Source: Pyrodictiaceae archaeon (lineage in GTDB: Archaea > Thermoproteota > Thermoprotei_A > Sulfolobales > Pyrodictiaceae). Taken from it: DNA of 64,000 bases. The position numbers and the translations under genes were made by a program. The stretch is taken from assembly GCA_027036135.1 (NCBI GenBank), contig JALVSY010000016.1, positions 288,001 to 352,000 of the forward strand, read 5' to 3'. This document shows, piece after piece, positions 58,634 through 64,000 of this stretch; position 1 is the stretch's first letter; each line of letters starts with the position of its first letter. The notes below the pieces were generated by a model. The model was not told the DNA's origin, searched no databases, and worked only from the letters and a program-made list of their open reading frames with translations.

Positions 58634-59522
58634 CCTCGTAGACAACACCTAGGGCTGGAAGCCCCTCACTAGGCGGTGGAATAAACCCCTTTACGAAAGA
58701 CATGTAGCTGGATAGTACTCTCCAAGCTTTTTTAACAAGTTGTATAGCGCATCCAGCAAACTTCTTTCCTCCAGTAACTCCTACAATCTCAAGGCTTCTT
58801 GCAAAGGGCCTCACCGGTATACCCTTATATGCTATAAGAGGATGCAGAACTAGTATACGCGTCTCGGCCTTTTTCACGGCCTCCTCTACTAGCAATGTAT
58901 CAAAGCTAGCCGCCACGATGGCATCTGAGTCTAGGGTATCAAGGCTCTGAGTTATGGCTAGCCCTAGTTCCCGAATAATCGGATAACTAGCACTATTCTT
59001 CCCAGCAAATACTGCATACTCTATTCCAGTGCTATGGAGCAAGTAGGCTGCTAAGAGGCCATAAATCCCTGAGCCTAGTACCAAGACGCTGCGAGTTTTA
59101 TTCTCTAAGACCCTTAAGGTTTCGCAAGCTAGGGCCGAGTCGAGTAGAATAACATAGCTCGGGTCACGCTGAACAATAACCAAGTGATCTCTGGGTACAA
59201 CAGTATATGGCGAGATAAAGCCATGGCCGATAACGGGAGGCATATAGTTCTCGGAAACTCTTACGAGGCTAACAGGCTTACCCGCTAATGCGGTATTGGA
59301 GCCTATGCCCGCCTCAACAACTACCCCAATACCAGTATATCCAGCGACTACTGGTATATCTACTGGCAATAGTCCTCTCCGTATCGCCTCATCTACACTA
59401 CCCCACCTAGCCCATAGTATCTTGAGCAATACATAGTCTCGTGGGACAACCAGGGGGACATTGTCGACTCTAACTACTCCACCATCTATGACGAGAGCAC
59501 TTACAAGGCCCTCCACGTTCAC
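58620..59522 (-). CDS. Medium-chain dehydrogenase (GroES-like ADH) homologue lacking zinc ligands
   Basis: YVLLKI, PVVAGYTGIGVVVEAG (cf. GHE..G.V), Rossmann VLGSGIYG. Confidence 0.65.
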   Translation of the reverse strand: MNVEGLVSALVIDGGVVRVDNVPLVVPRDYVLLKILWARWGSVDEAIRRGLLPVDIPVVAGYTGIGVVVEAGIGSNTALAGKPVSLVRVSENYMPPVIGHGFISPYTVVPRDHLVIVQRDPSYVILLDSALACETLRVLENKTRSVLVLGSGIYGLLAAYLLHSTGIEYAVFAGKNSASYPIIRELGLAITQSLDTLDSDAIVAASFDTLLVEEAVKKAETRILVLHPLIAYKGIPVRPFARSLEIVGVTGGKKFAGCAIQLVKKAWRVLSSYMSFVKGFIPPPSEGLPALGVVYEASSS

Positions 59523-59620
59523 CGCCTCATAACCTCTTATTAATAGAAAAGTATACGTGCCATACTTTAACTATGGCCCGCCCCCTTGATAGAGCTAGGA
59601 GAGTAGCTAGGTGAGCCATA

Positions 59621-60448
59621 TTGGCCAAACTGGTCGCGTCTACCCGGATAATACCACTAGATATTGTCGACGCTGTTGAAACACTGCATGCTATGGGCTT
59701 CGAGCTAGTAGATATTAACTATGCCAGCGTCGAGAGAATGAATATTGATTACCCCTCAGTACCCAATACTATGCGGCTTGCACTCTTACAAGCCGTAAGG
59801 GTTGGTGTTAGACCAGTAACCGTGCATGCTCCCTGGGAGGACTACTTCCTATTATACATAGGGCGTGGCCTAGACCATGCTGTTGACGAGGCAAAGATAT
59901 TCCTTGATATAGCTGGGAGCTATGGTGCAGAAATAGTTGTATTCCACGGCTTTAGTTCACGCAGAATAGGTAGTTATAGAGCAGAGTGGGTGAATAAGAG
60001 ATTCTTTGCCGAGCTAGCAGACTATGCGGAGCGTGAGGATCTACCCGTAGTAGCTGTTGAGAACTCTTCTGGAGCTAAGCCGCTTAACAAGATAGAGGCT
60101 CTCAGGAAGCTTGTAAGCCAGATAGATAGCCCCAAGCTCAGAGCATGTATAGACACGGGCCACGCCTTTCTCAATGGCTACTCACTAAGAGCGGCAGACC
60201 ACGCTATCAAGCCACTAGAGCCCGTATGCATACACGTACACGATAACCACGGAGAAAGGGACGAGCACCTTCACATAGGCTGTGGCTCTATAAACTGGCT
60301 AGAAGCACCTAGTGCAGTAAACTTGTCAAAGGCAAGCTATGTCGTGCTAGAATCTGATTGCAGTAGCAACGATGTAGTAGCGTGCAAGGGGCAAGCTATT
60401 ATAGCTGCTAATAATGCCCGTAGTGTTTTAAAAGACTGGCTTACATGA
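59621..60448 (+). CDS. Sugar phosphate isomerase/epimerase (AP endonuclease 2 TIM barrel)
   Basis: TVHAP, VVFH, AVEN, CIDTGHA, HVHDNHG..DEHL..G.GSINW, VVLE. Confidence 0.85.
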   Translation: MAKLVASTRIIPLDIVDAVETLHAMGFELVDINYASVERMNIDYPSVPNTMRLALLQAVRVGVRPVTVHAPWEDYFLLYIGRGLDHAVDEAKIFLDIAGSYGAEIVVFHGFSSRRIGSYRAEWVNKRFFAELADYAEREDLPVVAVENSSGAKPLNKIEALRKLVSQIDSPKLRACIDTGHAFLNGYSLRAADHAIKPLEPVCIHVHDNHGERDEHLHIGCGSINWLEAPSAVNLSKASYVVLESDCSSNDVVACKGQAIIAANNARSVLKDWLT

Positions 60449-60504
60449 ATCGATGTGAACGGGCAAAAGCAGATTCATATACATAGTGTGAGGGGTGAGG
60501 AAAA

Positions 60505-60810
60505 ACGGTAAACGATAAAGCAGTAGGCATAGGCCTACTAGTCATAGGCATAATAGTTATTCTATTCTATGCAGTAGCTCTCTTCGACCCCGGACTAATA
60601 GGGCTAAGCAACAATTTTAGTGAATTATTGATAAAAATAACAGTATTCATAGCGGTGGCCGCGGTAATGGGTATACTTGCCTGGATAGGATACACATTGG
60701 CAACAACACCGCCTCCTAAGCCAATCGAGGAGATAGAGAAAGAGCTAGAAGAGGAGCTAAAGAAGCTAGAGAAAGAACTCCAAGAGAGTGAGAGAGAGGA
60801 GCAAAAATAG
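60505..60810 (+). CDS. Small two-TM archaeal membrane protein with acidic coiled-coil tail; probable ACG start
   Basis: ILAWIGYTLATTPPPKPIEEIEKE motif; frame open from ACG 60505 (xVNDKAVGIGLLVIG..) behind SD GGGGTGA, with an in-frame stop at 60496. Confidence 0.7.
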   Translation, partial: TVNDKAVGIGLLVIGIIVILFYAVALFDPGLIGLSNNFSELLIKITVFIAVAAVMGILAWIGYTLATTPPPKPIEEIEKELEEELKKLEKELQESEREEQK

Positions 60811-60861
60811 CGTTAAAGGCTTAATTCTTTTTGTCGAGAGGTATAGCTCTTCTTCGCTTTT

Positions 60862-62241
60862 TTACTCGGGTGTTATCACCAGTTCTTCATCCTTGTATGC
60901 TATTACTATCATGCTTCCGAGGATAGTTGCTAGCGATACAAGGCTCATGAATCCGAGTAGAGCTGCTCCATTATATATTCCTTCAAGTCTTATGTAAGCT
61001 TTTAATGAGCCGGGGCCTTGTGGCGTCATTACTTGAGTACTTATTGTTGCCCTTTCCAATACACCTTTAGCAGTATAGTAGGCGTTCTCTACAAGAAGTA
61101 TATAACTTATGCCTATACTATAGTGTGGACCAAGTTGCAGCAACATATGTGCTGGGCCAAGGAGTAGATGATGTATCACGGTTCCCCCTCTTGATGGGGC
61201 AAAGAGAAGCCCTGAGTTCGCCAATATATCAAGTAAGACCTTAGAGTCTATAGTATCGCCAGCAGTCAATACTCTGTGCCAGTTAATTATTCCAAGATAT
61301 GCGTTTTCGCCCCCATCACCTATCCAATGAACATTATAGGTCATTGTAACAAAGCTTTTCGGGATATAAGCAAACGAGGTAACAGCTCCTAGTAATAGAA
61401 TTGAGATAAGTACTAAGAGTACAGCCTTTGTTAATAGGCTTAGGCCGCGCCTTAGGTAGTAGAGCGGCGTAAACACTATGAAACCGAAGAGCCTTCTTGC
61501 CGAGGCAAGTTCTTTCAGGGTTGCTAGCCTATGCTTATCTATCAGTATTGGTAAAAATGCTATTCCTGCAACAAAACCGCCTGCATGAGCAAAGAATGCC
61601 ACCGTACTAGATGCTGCAAGGTAAAAACCTTCAAGTACTTGTAGCATGAACCAAAAGAGAATCCATAGAGCTGCTGAAAACTCAAAACAGAATGGCACTA
61701 TGAAGAAGAACATACAAGCGGCTAGTCTTGTACCCGGATAAAGCATTAAGTATGCGCCAAGAACGCCACTTATAGCTCCACTTGCACCTATACTCGGTAT
61801 TGTCAACCCGCTAGGAGATATTATAAACATGAATACAGTGTACACTATTGATGCAATAATCCCACTGATGAGGTAGTGTATTATATACCTTATGTGACCC
61901 ATGCTTCTTTCAACGGCGCGGCCAAAGAGATAAAGGAAATACATATTAAAAAGTATATGAAGTATGTTTGCATGTGTAAACATGGACGTAAATATTCTAT
62001 ATATATATGTAGGGCTGCTGAGCAACCCGAGCGGTATAAAGCCTAGTCTCGATATCCAGGCTTCGCTTGACTGCATAAAGAATGAGGAGGCAGAAGTAAT
62101 CATGTATATTACTACATTTACGCCAATGAGTAAATAGGTCGCCCATGGCGTTTCCCGGGTATAAATTGGCTCCTCCTCGATAGCTATCGGTATCTCGTTA
62201 GTGAATCTAGGCAAACGAGGCTCCTTGTTCAACCTTATCAT
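60862..62241 (-). CDS. Rhomboid family intramembrane serine protease with C-terminal extension
   Basis: TSMFTHA...HILFNM, GASGAISG, AHAGG. Confidence 0.92.
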   Translation of the reverse strand: MIRLNKEPRLPRFTNEIPIAIEEEPIYTRETPWATYLLIGVNVVIYMITSASSFFMQSSEAWISRLGFIPLGLLSSPTYIYRIFTSMFTHANILHILFNMYFLYLFGRAVERSMGHIRYIIHYLISGIIASIVYTVFMFIISPSGLTIPSIGASGAISGVLGAYLMLYPGTRLAACMFFFIVPFCFEFSAALWILFWFMLQVLEGFYLAASSTVAFFAHAGGFVAGIAFLPILIDKHRLATLKELASARRLFGFIVFTPLYYLRRGLSLLTKAVLLVLISILLLGAVTSFAYIPKSFVTMTYNVHWIGDGGENAYLGIINWHRVLTAGDTIDSKVLLDILANSGLLFAPSRGGTVIHHLLLGPAHMLLQLGPHYSIGISYILLVENAYYTAKGVLERATISTQVMTPQGPGSLKAYIRLEGIYNGAALLGFMSLVSLATILGSMIVIAYKDEELVITPE

Positions 62242-62437
62242 TCTCCGTGTCTTGGCTGCAGCCAGTACCCGTCTTGTGACAAAGCCTTAAGGAACCATTT
62301 TATTGATAATGCTCCTTTCTCCTCTTTCTCTTCTCAATAGTTACCTGGTTAATTATTGTTGTAAGCGTTATAGCGTTTAATTACTCCAGGGCACAGTGTA
62401 GTACTAAGCAACTAGGCTATAGGGGCGGTGAAGCAAC

Positions 62438-63811
62438 TTGAGCGAGTTCGGAGACCTCTTATCCAGAGCAGTTAGTGAAGCCTCGCGCCTAGGCGTAGAT
62501 TTCGCCGACTTCCGGCTGGAGAGAACTAGGTTTATGCTAATAGATCGACGCGATGAGGCAACTAGCATATCATCTGGCTACGACTATGGTGTCGCTGTAA
62601 GAGTATTCATTAAGGGCTCGATGGGCTTCGCGTTCACGACGAGGCTCACGACCGATTCTATCATTAATGCCCTTAGACGTGCATATTCTATGGCGAAGGC
62701 TGTAAAGGGTAACCTGCCTAGCCCGGTGACGATGGATCCGGCCGAGGATTATTATGAGGCGCCTGTTAAGAGAAGCATACTTGATGTACCCGTTGACCAG
62801 AAAGTTAAGGATCTACTAGAGTTTGACAAGATTATTTCTTCGAAGCCGGAAGTCAAGTCCAGAACGATACGCTACGTAGAGCGTGTTGAGGAAAGGCACT
62901 ATGCCAGTACCGAGGAGAGATATCTCTCCGAGAAACGTGAGCTAGTCTATGTATATGCCTCGGTTTTTGGGCTGCGCGAAGGCGTACGCGCGTCAGCACA
63001 CATAGTTAAGGGTACGATAAAGGGCTATGTAGTATGGGACAAGTATCCTCTCGAGGAAGCCGCGAAAGAGCTACTAAACAGGTTAGAGGTGCAGCTCCGC
63101 GCAAAGACGCCTAAGCCGGGTAACTACCCGGTAGTCCTAGCCCCTGAGGCGCTCGGGGTATTCGTTCACGAGGCCTTCGGGCACCTAGCTGAGGCGGACC
63201 TAGTTGCAGCTGGGAGTGTGCTAAGAGACAAGAGAGGTAAACAAGTAGCGTCGAGCCTCGTAACCATAGTAGATGACCCTACACTGGACGATGGATTCGG
63301 TACAATAAAGTACGACGACGAGGGGGTACGCACAGCGCGTGCAACTATAGTAGAGAGGGGGATCCACAAGGATATCATGACCGACCGCGTGCACGCAGCA
63401 CTATTTGATGTAGACCCGACTGGTAATGGTAGGGCAGAGTCATTTCGTTATACTCCACTTGTCCGGATGAGGAACACGGTTATGTTGCCAGGCGACTATA
63501 GCGTTGAGGAGATTTTCCGCGACATAAAGTTTGGGTATTATATTGTAGCGACCGGAGGAGGCCAGACAAACCTTGATGGGAGCTTCCAAGTAGGCATAGA
63601 GGAGGCCTACGAGATAGTTAATGGTGAGATAGGAGAATCTGTGAGAAACCTAAGCATAGCAGGAAACACGCTAGAGACGCTCTTCAACATAGACGCTGTG
63701 GGCAAGGACTTCCAACTATTCTACGGGAGATGCGGCAAGGGCCAACTAGTATATGTGTCGGATGGAGGCCCCCATGTACGAGTCAAGAAAATGACTGTTG
63801 GTGGGAGATAA
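62438..63811 (+). CDS. tldD: TldD family metalloprotease
   Basis: GVAVRV, VHEAFGH..EAD, DDEG, GNGRA, RMRNT, CGKGQ..VSDGGPH. Confidence 0.92.
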   Translation: MSEFGDLLSRAVSEASRLGVDFADFRLERTRFMLIDRRDEATSISSGYDYGVAVRVFIKGSMGFAFTTRLTTDSIINALRRAYSMAKAVKGNLPSPVTMDPAEDYYEAPVKRSILDVPVDQKVKDLLEFDKIISSKPEVKSRTIRYVERVEERHYASTEERYLSEKRELVYVYASVFGLREGVRASAHIVKGTIKGYVVWDKYPLEEAAKELLNRLEVQLRAKTPKPGNYPVVLAPEALGVFVHEAFGHLAEADLVAAGSVLRDKRGKQVASSLVTIVDDPTLDDGFGTIKYDDEGVRTARATIVERGIHKDIMTDRVHAALFDVDPTGNGRAESFRYTPLVRMRNTVMLPGDYSVEEIFRDIKFGYYIVATGGGQTNLDGSFQVGIEEAYEIVNGEIGESVRNLSIAGNTLETLFNIDAVGKDFQLFYGRCGKGQLVYVSDGGPHVRVKKMTVGGR

Positions 63812-63862
63812 TCTCTCAGCCTTGTATTTATCCATGTACCTAGTTGGATCTCCGGTATAAAC

Positions 63863-64000
63863 ATGTCCGAGAGGTGGTTTGGCGCATTGTCGCGGAGAAT
63901 AGAGCCCATAGAGCTAGCCGTCCTCGCAGTTAGGTGGGCTATCCACGAGGGTGCTACCGAGGCAGAGGCCTTCACCCTTGTTGAGAGAGGATACAAGGTA
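63863..64000 (+). CDS. PmbA/TldE family protein, N-terminus (runs off window)
   Basis: Open frame from ATG 63863 with GATEAEAF motif, directly after tldD. Confidence 0.65.
   Translation, partial: MSERWFGALSRRIEPIELAVLAVRWAIHEGATEAEAFTLVERGYKV

Noticed and set aside
1-64000. CRISPR array, integrase/transposase, rRNA, inteins, replication origin (ORB) boxes
   Set aside because: No regularly spaced repeats, recombinase motifs, intein-sized insertions or ORB-like sequences were seen by eye
9143-64000. Radical SAM plus TldD/PmbA as a RiPP system
   Set aside because: Over 50 kb apart, no precursor peptide, and both are widespread in archaea

Overview
This 64 kb window is core chromosome from a hyperthermophilic crenarchaeon, most likely Desulfurococcales of the Pyrodictium/Hyperthermus type. 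That assignment is inferred from RpoG/Rpo8, L38e, SmAP3, short XPF, AGOG, RPC34-like TFE-beta and long S6e. Content is mostly housekeeping: RNA-metabolism genes (AK6, Trax-like, split ArcTGT/PUA, aCPSF2, Gar1, Trm1, m5C MTase, THUMP-SPOUT), TFB and TFE-beta, four tRNAs (Tyr with a 96-nt intron, Ser, Thr, Pro with a 32/33 intron), an oxidative TCA-branch cluster (gltA, icd, acnA), the aIF5B / S6e-aIF2g-rpoE-S24e-S27ae-KEOPS-S15-Cdc45-like-S3ae superoperon, DNA ligase, a KaiC-like ATPase, a rhomboid and TldD/PmbA. I found no CRISPR array, integrase, transposase, rRNA or intact defence system. The most notable unannotated signals are at RNA level: the long structured tRNA-Tyr intron, tRNA 3' trailers complementary to their own anticodon arms, three box C/D sRNA candidates, a ~100-nt structured intergenic RNA, a switch-like rps15 leader and an inverted-repeat operator between icd and acnA. 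At protein level there is a probable ACG-initiated gene and several enzymes lacking catalytic residues (Cas4-like, M28-like, MDR-like, KPR-like). All calls come from reading motifs by eye; no searches were run. Where I moved a start codon from the ORF track, the evidence field says so.
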